Notes: generated by a model from the letters alone, not told the origin. A DNA stretch of 32,215 nucleotides from an uncultured Lentimicrobiaceae bacterium (GCA_964550385.1 CAZJZF010000001.1:219-32433), one strand, 5' to 3'; shown: positions 18,034-26,338, counted from the first letter of the stretch. Numbers and translations: made by a program.

Positions 18034-19383
18034 CTACCTTTTTTTAACATCAGCAGGTTTTGTAAACTCAATGGAAATTTTTTTGATGCGCCTGGCATCT
18101 GTATCTTTAATAGTGAATTTCAACGATTTATAGTTAATAATCTCGCCCTTTGCGGGAAACTCCCCTTTGATTTCCAACAGAAAACCAGCAAGGGTATCAG
18201 CATCCCCCTTTGCCATAGAGGAAAAATCATCCGGCAATTCAAGCATCTTCAAAAAATCATTGATCAGCACCTTGCCTTCGAATTCATAAGTGTTTTCTCC
18301 GGTTCTCTTATAAAAGTGGTTATCGCCTTCTTCATCAAATTCATCGCTGATATCACCCACGATCTCTTCAATAACATCCTCTAAAGTAATGATGCCGCTA
18401 AAACCTCCGTATTCATCCACCACAATAGCCATATGCATTTTTTTCTTCTGGAACTCCTTCAGCAGGTCTTTGATGTTTTTACTTTCCGGAATTACATACA
18501 CTGGCCTTACCTTCGATTGCCAGGTCGTGCTATCGGCATCGCTCTTTATCAACGACAAAACATCCTTGATATGCAAAATACCTGTCACGTTATCGATGGA
18601 ATCGTGATAAACAGGATACCGTGAATAGCCTGATTCTCTGATGGTTTTATGTACTTCAGCAAAATCGTCAGTATCATCAAGAGCAATAACATCCATCCTT
18701 GAAGTCATGATTTCCGTTACCTCTTTATCTCCAAAATTCACAATACCTTTCAGGAGCTTTGCTTCTTCCTTATCGGCTTTGGCAAGCCGTGCAGAATAAT
18801 TGATGGCTTCATTCAAATCCTGACGGGAGATGTCAAAATTCTTTTTTTTCATTCTGCGGTCGATAAAAACTGTAGATTTTACCAGCAACAATATCAAAGG
18901 ATAAATGGCCCACATTCCAATTTTCAGAGGAGTAGCCATCAGACGGGTGAGGCCAATCGGCTTCTTGCTGGCGAAAATTTTGGGGAACAGTTCAACGAGC
19001 AACAGAAGAATGGTGGTAATAAATGCTACATCCACCAGTAACCTCTTCCAGGGTTGGTCAAAATAGAAAATCTGTCTTGATAGCCATGCAGCCAGCAGAA
19101 TGATGGAAACATTGACAAGATTATTATAAATCAAAATAGTAGCCAGTAGTTTTTCCGGCCTGTTCCATAACCATCTGATTTCATTTGCCTTTCGTCCCCT
19201 CAATGCATTTACTTTTGCTGTATTCAGCGAAAAAAAGGCTATTTCAGAACCTGATATCAGGCCTGAAATGACAATGAAAAGGAACAGAATGCCTGCTGCA
19301 ATAATGAGAGGAAAGATATCAGCGGTGGGATTTAACACAGAGCAAAGCAAATACGGATCACCGTTACCGGTCAGGTCGTCCAT
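18034..19383 (-). CDS. gldE: gliding motility-associated protein GldE (CNNM/CorC-HlyC family: DUF21 TM domain, CBS pair, CorC_HlyC)
   Basis: Trimmed to the ATG at 19381-19383 (MDDLTGNGDPYLL...) because a TATCTTTG box at 19408-19415 lies inside the longer track ORF. 449 aa with 4 N-terminal helices, tandem CBS-like repeats and a C-terminal transporter-associated domain. It sits in the ssb-gldE-gldD order. Confidence 0.85.
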   Translation of the reverse strand: MDDLTGNGDPYLLCSVLNPTADIFPLIIAAGILFLFIVISGLISGSEIAFFSLNTAKVNALRGRKANEIRWLWNRPEKLLATILIYNNLVNVSIILLAAWLSRQIFYFDQPWKRLLVDVAFITTILLLLVELFPKIFASKKPIGLTRLMATPLKIGMWAIYPLILLLVKSTVFIDRRMKKKNFDISRQDLNEAINYSARLAKADKEEAKLLKGIVNFGDKEVTEIMTSRMDVIALDDTDDFAEVHKTIRESGYSRYPVYHDSIDNVTGILHIKDVLSLIKSDADSTTWQSKVRPVYVIPESKNIKDLLKEFQKKKMHMAIVVDEYGGFSGIITLEDVIEEIVGDISDEFDEEGDNHFYKRTGENTYEFEGKVLINDFLKMLELPDDFSSMAKGDADTLAGFLLEIKGEFPAKGEIINYKSLKFTIKDTDARRIKKISIEFTKPADVKKR

Positions 19384-19407
19384 CGGGGATTTGCATTGAT
19401 TTGTGTG

Positions 19408-19415
19408 CAAAGATA
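19408..19415 (-). promoter_or_regulatory. candidate -7 promoter box TATCTTTG for gldE-gldD
   Basis: Plus-strand caaagata equals minus-strand TATCTTTG, 24 nt upstream of ATG 19383. Confidence 0.4.
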
Positions 19416-19502
19416 CACAAAAACCTCGGTTGTATATCATCTACAAACAGACACTCATACCCCAGATCTGCCAACCTGACCGGTTTACCGGAAAACAGAA
19501 AT

Positions 19503-19916
19503 TCAGAAGGGGAGGTCTCCACCCTCTTCAGCAACTTCAGAAATCCGTACCATTGGAGCTTCGGATCCATTCTGACTGGCCTTCGGGCTTCCGAGCATAT
19601 TCATCGAATCGGCCTGAATTTCAGTGATGTACCGTTTTTGCTGGGTTTCTTTATCTTCCCACGACCTGGTTCTGATACGCCCTTCAACGTAAAGCAGATC
19701 TCCCTTTTTAAGGTATTTTTCCGCTGTTTCTGCCAGGCCCCGCCACATCACAATGTTATGCCATTCGGTGACTTCCTTCTTTTGCTGATCCTTGTCGTAA
19801 TACACCTCTGATGTGGCAAGGGAAAAATTTACTTTTTTCCCCCCCGAATCAAAGTTGATTACTTCGGGATCCTTTCCCAACCTTCCGATCAGAATAACCT
19901 TGTTCACATTTCCCAT
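19503..19916 (-). CDS. ssb: single-stranded DNA-binding protein
   Basis: 137 aa. OB-fold N-terminus NKVILIGRLGKDPEV...TEWHNIVMWRGLAE, a Gly/Ser/acidic tail and the C-terminal DLPF tip. Confidence 0.95.
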   Translation of the reverse strand: MGNVNKVILIGRLGKDPEVINFDSGGKKVNFSLATSEVYYDKDQQKKEVTEWHNIVMWRGLAETAEKYLKKGDLLYVEGRIRTRSWEDKETQQKRYITEIQADSMNMLGSPKASQNGSEAPMVRISEVAEEGGDLPF

Positions 19917-19922
19917 AATAAA

Positions 19923-19930
19923 ACCTCCTT
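19923..19930 (-). promoter_or_regulatory. Shine-Dalgarno-like AAGGAGGT, GGAGG core 7 nt upstream of the ssb ATG
   Basis: Plus-strand acctcctt equals minus-strand AAGGAGGT. It is the only strong SD-like sequence I found before any CDS in this window. Confidence 0.45.
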
Positions 19931-19979
19931 ATGTTTAATTTCTTCTATATATGATTTGAAACCGAAAAAAGGAGATTGG

Positions 19980-20594
19980 TCAGAAAATTTTTTCGAAAGT
20001 TAGTCCTCTTTGTGTGAGTCCGGACAGCAGGCTTTCTGCTAAAGTAAGAGTTTTATCTTTGAATATCAATTCATTATGAAGCAAAATGATATCTCCGGGT
20101 CGAATTTTTAGGATAAGCCGTTCAAGCTCCTTTTCTGAAACAGGAGTGGTGGAGTAATCGCGGGTACTGACATTCCACAGGATGATGGAGTAACCATTTT
20201 TTAACAGCCATAAACCCTGCCTAAAGGAGAATCTGCCGTAAGGAGGCCTGTAATAGCGGCTGACAGAAAAAATTCGACATTGATGGATTTCATTTTTCAG
20301 GCAAGCCAGTGATTTCAGGCACTTTCGATTATGACTCCAAGAATGGAGATGAACACTATGACCTGAAGAGATAATGGATGCGATGAGTTCCGGATAGGAG
20401 ACTGCTTTCTGACCAATGGGAAAGAAAGTAGCCTTTGCATCGTAACGATCCAGCAAAGAGAGTATGGCAGGGGTGACCTCAGGATCAGGTCCATCGTCGA
20501 AGGTAAGATAGACTGCTTTGCTCCTTTGTTTGGGAAGTGCAAGTATAAATAATGGTTTACATAAGCGGGCAACAATCCCGGGGATTCTGTACAT
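19980..20594 (-). CDS. polysaccharide deacetylase family protein (CE4 / NodB homology domain)
   Basis: 204 aa. CE4 motifs LTFDDGP, HLHSWSH (HSxxH), RPPYG and IILLHN are all intact. Confidence 0.85.
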   Translation of the reverse strand: MYRIPGIVARLCKPLFILALPKQRSKAVYLTFDDGPDPEVTPAILSLLDRYDAKATFFPIGQKAVSYPELIASIISSGHSVHLHSWSHNRKCLKSLACLKNEIHQCRIFSVSRYYRPPYGRFSFRQGLWLLKNGYSIILWNVSTRDYSTTPVSEKELERLILKIRPGDIILLHNELIFKDKTLTLAESLLSGLTQRGLTFEKIF

Positions 20595-20606
20595 ACCGGA
20601 AAAGAT

Positions 20607-20672
20607 AAGGGCTGTTAACCGGCAGAAAAAGAGACATTGAAATCTTACTTTTCTGATTGATTAACAGCCCTT
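20607..20672. repeat. perfect 12-bp inverted repeat (AAGGGCTGTTAA / TTAACAGCCCTT) with a 42-nt spacer containing a nested imperfect stem
   Basis: Arms at 20607-20618 and 20661-20672. An inner stem pairs cagaaaaag (20623-20631) with cttttctg (20648-20655), with one bulged A. The element fills the gap between the DUF2723 stop (20684) and the deacetylase ATG (20594). Confidence 0.6.
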
Positions 20673-20683
20673 TGGTTTAATTC

Positions 20684-23600
20684 TTATTGCTGAACATAAG
20701 GCCCAATCATCGAGAAGAGGGCTTTTCCTCTTTCGGCCAGAGCATTTTGGTTATTCGTTTGAAGGATTTCATTGATGAAATAGGTAGTACGGTACAAGTT
20801 TGTAATTTCATTGGTAAGTACCGCTTTCTTTTTGGCATTGAACGACATATAGTACTTAAACTCTTTCTCGTTTTTGTCAAGCAGATTGGCAGCCAGGGCA
20901 GCCCCCTGAACCGAATCACCAGCCTCGAAGAAAGCTTTCATTACAGGTACCATCGAAGCATCGTAATTCAACACCGTTTCGGGAAGCAGCTTTATACAGC
21001 GGTTCAGCACGGTTCTGGCAGAATCGGTTTTTCCTTCCTGTATCAACGCATTTGCCAGGCGTGTAAAGTTATTCCGATAGCTTACCAAAGGCCTGCGGGC
21101 GGTTTCGTCATAGTACACATTGGAAACCGTAAGGGTTTGATAATCATATTTGTTCATCAGGTTATCCCACAATATACCGGTGTTGGTGGTGCCGTGCGCC
21201 ATCATGGTATAAAGGAATAGAGGCTCACCTGTATATTTGATGGGAACCAGGGTATACACCATACCATCGTGGCGGAACCATTGCATTAGATTCAGGTACA
21301 TGTCATCACCTGTAGTGATGGCAAAATGAACGGGCCGCTCCCATTTATTGGCTGCCAGGAAATCGAGCATCATTACATGATTCTTCTGAATTCCGCGATC
21401 GGTAATTTCCCATTCAATATATTTTTCGATTTTTCCTGCATCAGAAGCCGGTACCAATCCGCTTTCGACCACTTTGGCAGAATCTACCTTGATTCTGATT
21501 TTGTTGGTTGGGAAATACTCCATCAGTCTTCCACTGTTGCCCATCACTTTGGTAGCGGGATCATTGCTTTTTACAAACTCCATCAGCAGATCCAGGTCAA
21601 TATAACCATTCACCACCCTGTCGGTAATTTGCCGTACGCTTTTAGCGAGTTCCTTGAAAAGGTCAGTACTGATACCCAGCTGATCATTTTGGGACCGGTT
21701 TTGCTCCACAGCCCTGTTATTGATGAAGTTAAGCACCTGTGAAAAGGGGAGGGAGCCATCGGTAAGTTTCTTATAGTCGGCCGGATGCAACTGTGAGAGT
21801 TTAGAGGTGGAAATGGCCGATACAAGATTGCTGCGTACTTGCGATACTGCGGTGCCATACAGATCCGCATCTCTTTCGATGATTTTGTCGAGCAGGAATG
21901 CGATGATGGCCTGAGGGCTCCTGTTGTTTTCGGGTTCTGCAGGGTTAAGAATGAAGATAAAATCGCGGCTTCCCTGGATGTATTCATCCTTTGAAAATGA
22001 GATAGGTATACCGGGAGCATCATAGGTTTTCCTGACGGATTGTTCCACATACCAATCTGTGTTGAAGAGACTCAGGTTCACCACTTTCACATCTGTGCGA
22101 ACCCCTTCAACCTCCTGAGCATACCACAAGGGAAAAGTATCGTTATCTCCATTTGTAAATACCACACCGAATTTCCTGCAGGCTTCCAGATAATTTTTCG
22201 CTACCTCCAGGGCAAGTCTTTTGGTGGACCGATCGTGATCATCCCAACCTTCTTTGGCCATAATGCCGGGAACCAGCAACAGCAGCACTGCAGAAAGGGC
22301 GAGAGGTATATAGCGATTTTTAAAGTTTTTATCCAGCCATTGAAGTATCCCTATCACACCAAGGCCTATCCAGATTGCGAAAGCATAGAAGGATGCCGCA
22401 TAGGAATAATCCCGTTCACGGGGTTGATAAGGATACTGGTTGAGGTACACCACAATCGCAAGACCGGTCATCAGAAACAACATCCCAACCACCATACTGT
22501 CCTTGTAATTTGAAGAGGAATGGAATACCAGTCCAATGATTCCCAGGATAAGGGGAAGGAGGAAGAATTTGTTGGTGCCCTTGTTGTTGGCCAGATTATC
22601 AGGCAAATTATCCTGAGGTCCGACAAGTGCCTTGTCAAAAGCCGGAATACCTGTGATCCAGTTGCCATGCAGTGGATTGCCGTGTCCCTGGATATCGTTT
22701 TGCCGCCCTGAGAAGTTCCACATAAAGTAGCGGATGTACATATGGCCGATCTGGTACTTGAAAAAGAATGACAGATTTTCGCCCATGGTAGGCACATAGG
22801 TTACCTCAGGTTTTTCAGCGGTACCGCCCACCTGAACTCGTTCCCCTTTGTTGTTGTGTGCCCATTCCTGGTAGGCCGATTTATGGTGGGATCGCTGCTG
22901 GCTCCACATACGGGGGAAAGCGGTTTTGAATCGTTCGTCATATTGGGGTTCCGTCCCAATTTTTTCATCGGTAATCACATAGCGACCCTTGACTTTTCCA
23001 CCCTTATCTTTCGCGTATGCATCAGCCGTTGCTCTGTCGAAAAAGGATGCTGCTTCGGCTTTTTCCTGGTATACCACATACTTCTTGGTATACACCGGGT
23101 TGCCGTTTTCAGATCCGGTCATGGGTGCGTTGTATTGTTCCCTGTTGAGGTATGCCAGAAGACTGATGGCATTCTCGGGGTTGTTTTCATCGATTGGGGT
23201 ATTGGCGTTGGAACGGATTACCAGGACAAAGAAGGATGAATAACCGATCATCAGCACAGTGAAAGAAAGTATCACGGTATTGAGAATGACTCTTCCTTTG
23301 CGGTGGGTATAGCGAAGACCCAGGATAATGGCTCCAATGACAATAGCAAAATAGATAATGGATCCGGTATTGAACGGGAGCCCGAAACCGTTAACAAAGA
23401 TTCGTTCAAAGAGCCCTGCCAGGCTGGGTATCAGAGGTATAAGCCCCATCTGGATGAAGCCCAGAATGGCAATACCAATGATAATGGCAATAACGGATCC
23501 TTTCCAGGTAACCGGATACTTTCTGAAGTAATAAATAAGGGCAATGGCAGGAATAGCCAGCAGGTTCAGCAAGTGAACACCGATAGACAAGCCCATCAGA

Positions 23601-24148
23601 TAGGCAATAAAAATGAGCCAGCGCAAAGAGTGCTTCTCATCTGCTACCGCCTCCCATCTAAGCATCGCCCAGAAAACGATAGCCGTAAAGAAGGACGACA
23701 TGGCATAAACTTCACCTTCCACAGCTGAAAACCAAAAAGAATCAGAGAAGGTATAAGCCAGTGCCCCGATAGCACCACTCCCCAGGATGGCAAAAATTTT
23801 GGAATCTGTCAGGCTGTCATCACCCTGTTTGTGAATCATCTTCTTTGCCAGATAGGTGATGGACCAGAACAGGAAAAGGATGGTGAATGCGCTTGCCAAA
23901 GCCGACATGTAATTGATCATCAGGGCTACCTTGGAAACATCACCAAAGGCAAAAAGACTAAAAAACCTGCCCATCAGCTGAAAAAATGGGGCTCCCGGGG
24001 GATGCCCTACCTGCAATTTGTAGGCGGTAGCAATGTACTCTCCGCAATCCCAAAAACTGGTGGTGCGTTCGGCTGTCATCATATATACAACTGCCGATAC
24101 CACAAAAACACTCCATCCGAGAATGATGTTAAGCTTTCTGTAATTCAT
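20684..24148 (-). CDS. DUF2723 domain membrane protein (GT-C-fold glycosyltransferase-like, TMEM260-related), 1154 aa
   Basis: N-terminus ...TSFWDCGEYIATAYKLQVGHPPGAPFFQLMGR... is characteristic of DUF2723. About 11-13 hydrophobic helices occupy the first ~620 aa, followed by a ~500-aa soluble C-terminal region. ATG start. Confidence 0.82.
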   Translation of the reverse strand: MNYRKLNIILGWSVFVVSAVVYMMTAERTTSFWDCGEYIATAYKLQVGHPPGAPFFQLMGRFFSLFAFGDVSKVALMINYMSALASAFTILFLFWSITYLAKKMIHKQGDDSLTDSKIFAILGSGAIGALAYTFSDSFWFSAVEGEVYAMSSFFTAIVFWAMLRWEAVADEKHSLRWLIFIAYLMGLSIGVHLLNLLAIPAIALIYYFRKYPVTWKGSVIAIIIGIAILGFIQMGLIPLIPSLAGLFERIFVNGFGLPFNTGSIIYFAIVIGAIILGLRYTHRKGRVILNTVILSFTVLMIGYSSFFVLVIRSNANTPIDENNPENAISLLAYLNREQYNAPMTGSENGNPVYTKKYVVYQEKAEAASFFDRATADAYAKDKGGKVKGRYVITDEKIGTEPQYDERFKTAFPRMWSQQRSHHKSAYQEWAHNNKGERVQVGGTAEKPEVTYVPTMGENLSFFFKYQIGHMYIRYFMWNFSGRQNDIQGHGNPLHGNWITGIPAFDKALVGPQDNLPDNLANNKGTNKFFLLPLILGIIGLVFHSSSNYKDSMVVGMLFLMTGLAIVVYLNQYPYQPRERDYSYAASFYAFAIWIGLGVIGILQWLDKNFKNRYIPLALSAVLLLLVPGIMAKEGWDDHDRSTKRLALEVAKNYLEACRKFGVVFTNGDNDTFPLWYAQEVEGVRTDVKVVNLSLFNTDWYVEQSVRKTYDAPGIPISFSKDEYIQGSRDFIFILNPAEPENNRSPQAIIAFLLDKIIERDADLYGTAVSQVRSNLVSAISTSKLSQLHPADYKKLTDGSLPFSQVLNFINNRAVEQNRSQNDQLGISTDLFKELAKSVRQITDRVVNGYIDLDLLMEFVKSNDPATKVMGNSGRLMEYFPTNKIRIKVDSAKVVESGLVPASDAGKIEKYIEWEITDRGIQKNHVMMLDFLAANKWERPVHFAITTGDDMYLNLMQWFRHDGMVYTLVPIKYTGEPLFLYTMMAHGTTNTGILWDNLMNKYDYQTLTVSNVYYDETARRPLVSYRNNFTRLANALIQEGKTDSARTVLNRCIKLLPETVLNYDASMVPVMKAFFEAGDSVQGAALAANLLDKNEKEFKYYMSFNAKKKAVLTNEITNLYRTTYFINEILQTNNQNALAERGKALFSMIGPYVQQ

Positions 24149-24312
24149 AGTACGTTAAATTTCTTTCTGATATGCAAAAAGGTTGTGTTAAGCCTTCGCA
24201 AACCACACCAAAAATGCGGCTACGAAGATAATAATTAAACAAATGGTACCACGGTTTACACATTAGATCGGTTTTGAACTACTTCATTTGGTGTTTTAAC
24301 TGAATTATTTAT

Positions 24313-24320
24313 TACTTTTG
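24313..24320 (+). promoter_or_regulatory. candidate -7 promoter box TACTTTTG (with a TTTG at 24287-24290 as a possible -33) for tRNA-Gln
   Basis: Perfect TAnnTTTG ending 18 nt before the tRNA 5' end. The upstream TTTG has a 22-nt spacing. Confidence 0.45.
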
Positions 24321-24338
24321 CCGCACCATTTGCGTGAG

Positions 24339-24409
24339 TGTCCGATGGTGTAATGGTAGCACTGCAGATTTTGGTTCTGCCTGTCTAGGTTCGAATCCTG
24401 GTCGGACAA
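24339..24409 (+). tRNA. tRNA-Gln (anticodon UUG)
   Basis: Cloverleaf folded by hand. Acceptor tgtccga/tcggaca (U1-A72), D arm gtgt-aatggta-gcac, anticodon arm gcaga-ttTTGgt-tctgc, variable loop ctgt, T arm ctagg-ttcgaat-cctgg, discriminator A. 71 nt with no encoded CCA. Confidence 0.93.
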
Positions 24410-24476
24410 CTCAGACGCAAAGCAATCCGGCACGGGTTTGCAGGAATGCTACAATGGGGTAAGGAACAGGAATGGC

Positions 24477-24502
24477 GGGGACTTACAGTCCCCTTTATTT
24501 TT
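24477..24502 (+). terminator. intrinsic-terminator-like hairpin (GGGGACT-tac-AGTCCCC) followed by TTTATTTTT
   Basis: 7-bp GC-rich stem with a 3-nt loop and an interrupted T tract. It lies 68 nt after the tRNA-Gln 3' end and ends 9 nt before the rimP ATG. Confidence 0.6.
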
Positions 24503-24511
24503 ATAGTAACA

Positions 24512-24973
24512 ATGGTAACAGAAGTAAAACTAAGGGATCTGATAGAAGGGTACACAAACGGAACCACCAAATTTCTGGTGCATCTTTCCGTTTCTGCCTC
24601 TGGCAACATTACCGTTGAAATGGATGGTGATGATGGATTTACCATAGCAGACTGTATCCTTCTGAGCAAACAGATTGAGCAGCACCTGAACCGGGACGAA
24701 GAAGATTTTTCTCTTGAAGTTGCTTCATACGGTGTAGGCAACCCTTTGTTGCTCCCCAGACAATACATTAAGAATACGGGAAGGCTTCTGCAGGCCACAA
24801 CTCTTGACCAGGCTGTAATACATGGAAGGATTAAATCTGCTGATGAACAGGGGGTTGAGTTGGAAATTTTGCCTGTTAAGGGGAAAAAGGGGGTAGTAAA
24901 GAAAGAGACTGCTCAACAAATCAGGCTGCCATACGCAGATATCAGCCGTGCCATTATTGAAGTGGAATTTTAA
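24512..24973 (+). CDS. rimP: ribosome maturation factor RimP
   Basis: Track ORF (24446) trimmed to ATG 24512 (MVTEVKLRDLIEG...), giving 153 aa. Size, position directly upstream of nusA and the EVASYGVGNPL-type core are typical of RimP. The longer ORF would begin inside the terminator/leader region. Confidence 0.88.
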   Translation: MVTEVKLRDLIEGYTNGTTKFLVHLSVSASGNITVEMDGDDGFTIADCILLSKQIEQHLNRDEEDFSLEVASYGVGNPLLLPRQYIKNTGRLLQATTLDQAVIHGRIKSADEQGVELEILPVKGKKGVVKKETAQQIRLPYADISRAIIEVEF

Positions 24974-25028
24974 CCAGATACAATAACAAGGATAGAACCC
25001 GAAAACGCGTACAGATCAGAAAACGACT

Positions 25029-26264
25029 ATGGAAAATTTAAAATTGGTTGAATCATTTTCGGAATTCAAAGAATTCAAAAACATCGACAGAGCCACCATG
25101 ATGAGGATTCTTGAAGAGGTCTTCAGGCATATGTTGATCAAAAAATACGGGTCTGATGATAATTTCGACATCATTGTCAACATTGATAAAGGGGACCTTG
25201 AAATCTGGCGAAACCGAACCGTTGTGGAAGACGGAAAGGTTGAAGATGATAACTGCGAAATTGAGTATTCGGAAGCCATAAAAATTGAACCCGATTTTGA
25301 AATCGGGGAAGAGGTATCGGAAGAAGTAAGAATTACTGATTTTGGCAGACGGGAAATCCTGACCATCCGACAGAATTTGGTATCCAAGGTGCAGGAATAC
25401 GAAAAGGACAATGTATACAAGAAATACAAGGATAAGATCGGGGAGGTAATTACAGGGGAGGTTTATCAGATCTGGAAGAAAGAGATTCTGGTACTTGACG
25501 ATGAAGGCATTGAGTTGATTATGCCAAAGCAGGAGCAAATTCCTTCGGATTTCTTCCGTAAGGGTGATTCTGTAAGGGCGATTGTGTTAAAGGTAGAGAT
25601 CAGAAACAACAATCCAAGCATCATTCTGTCACGCACCTCACCTGTATTCCTTGAAAGGCTTTTTGAACAGGAAGTTCCAGAGGTATATGATGGTCTGATT
25701 ACGATCAAGACCATTGTAAGGGAGCCTGGTGAAAGAGCCAAGGTAGCTGTAGAATCATACGATGACCGGATTGATCCGGTTGGGGCATGTGTTGGAATGA
25801 AAGGGAGCCGTATTCACGGTATTGTAAGGGAATTGCGCAACGAAAACATCGATGTCATCAACTTCACCACAAACCCCACACTCTATATCACCAGAGCGTT
25901 GAGCCCTGCCAAGATTACCCGCATTGAGCTGGATGATGTGAACAGAAGAGCCAGTGTTTATATGAAACCCGATCAGGTTTCATTGGCCATCGGAAAAGGG
26001 GGGCATAATATCAAACTTGCCGGAAAACTTACCGGATACGAGATTGATGTTTACCGCGACAGCGATATGGATACTGATGATGTAGATCTTGGAGAATTTG
26101 TAGATGAAATTGACGAGTGGATCATTGAACAGTTCAGGAAGATTGGTTGTGATACAGCCAAGAGTGTTTTAGAAATACCTATGAACGAACTGGTTAAACG
26201 TACTGATCTGGAAGAAGAAACCGTGAAGGAGGTGATTAAGATTCTGAAAGCAGAATTTGAATAG
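25029..26264 (+). CDS. nusA: transcription termination/antitermination factor NusA
   Basis: 411 aa. N-terminal domain, an S1 domain (GEVITGEVYQI...), KH1 GACVGMKGSRI and KH2 AIGKGGHNIKLA. No AR1/AR2 C-terminal repeats. Confidence 0.97.
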   Translation: MENLKLVESFSEFKEFKNIDRATMMRILEEVFRHMLIKKYGSDDNFDIIVNIDKGDLEIWRNRTVVEDGKVEDDNCEIEYSEAIKIEPDFEIGEEVSEEVRITDFGRREILTIRQNLVSKVQEYEKDNVYKKYKDKIGEVITGEVYQIWKKEILVLDDEGIELIMPKQEQIPSDFFRKGDSVRAIVLKVEIRNNNPSIILSRTSPVFLERLFEQEVPEVYDGLITIKTIVREPGERAKVAVESYDDRIDPVGACVGMKGSRIHGIVRELRNENIDVINFTTNPTLYITRALSPAKITRIELDDVNRRASVYMKPDQVSLAIGKGGHNIKLAGKLTGYEIDVYRDSDMDTDDVDLGEFVDEIDEWIIEQFRKIGCDTAKSVLEIPMNELVKRTDLEEETVKEVIKILKAEFE

Positions 26265-26338
26265 GCCGAAGTCGGTCCGTTCAGGGACAGGATTACGGTT
26301 AAACACAAGAACATTGACACGGGGAGAATAACATTTAT

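Noticed and set aside
24149-24338. 190-nt intergenic region upstream of tRNA-Gln, considered as a possible sRNA, riboswitch or integration scar
   Set aside because: It is adequately explained as a divergent promoter region for the DUF2723 gene on the minus strand and tRNA-Gln on the plus strand. I saw no direct repeat of the tRNA 3' end, no integrase nearby and no stable conserved-looking structure.
24385-24798. 137-aa minus-strand ORF spanning the tRNA-Gln 3' half, the leader and rimP
   Set aside because: It overlaps a well-folded tRNA and the rimP coding frame, and its product has an odd Cys/Arg/Ser-rich composition. It is an antisense artefact.
25016-25741. Minus-strand ORFs (137, 161 and 91 aa) inside nusA
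   Set aside because: All are antisense to a full-length, motif-complete nusA, and none carries a recognisable motif.
26267-26281. Small stem (ggccgaagtcggtcc) just after the nusA stop, considered as a terminator
   Set aside because: It has only about 5 bp with a bulge and no following T tract. infB starts 58 nt later and is expected to be co-transcribed.
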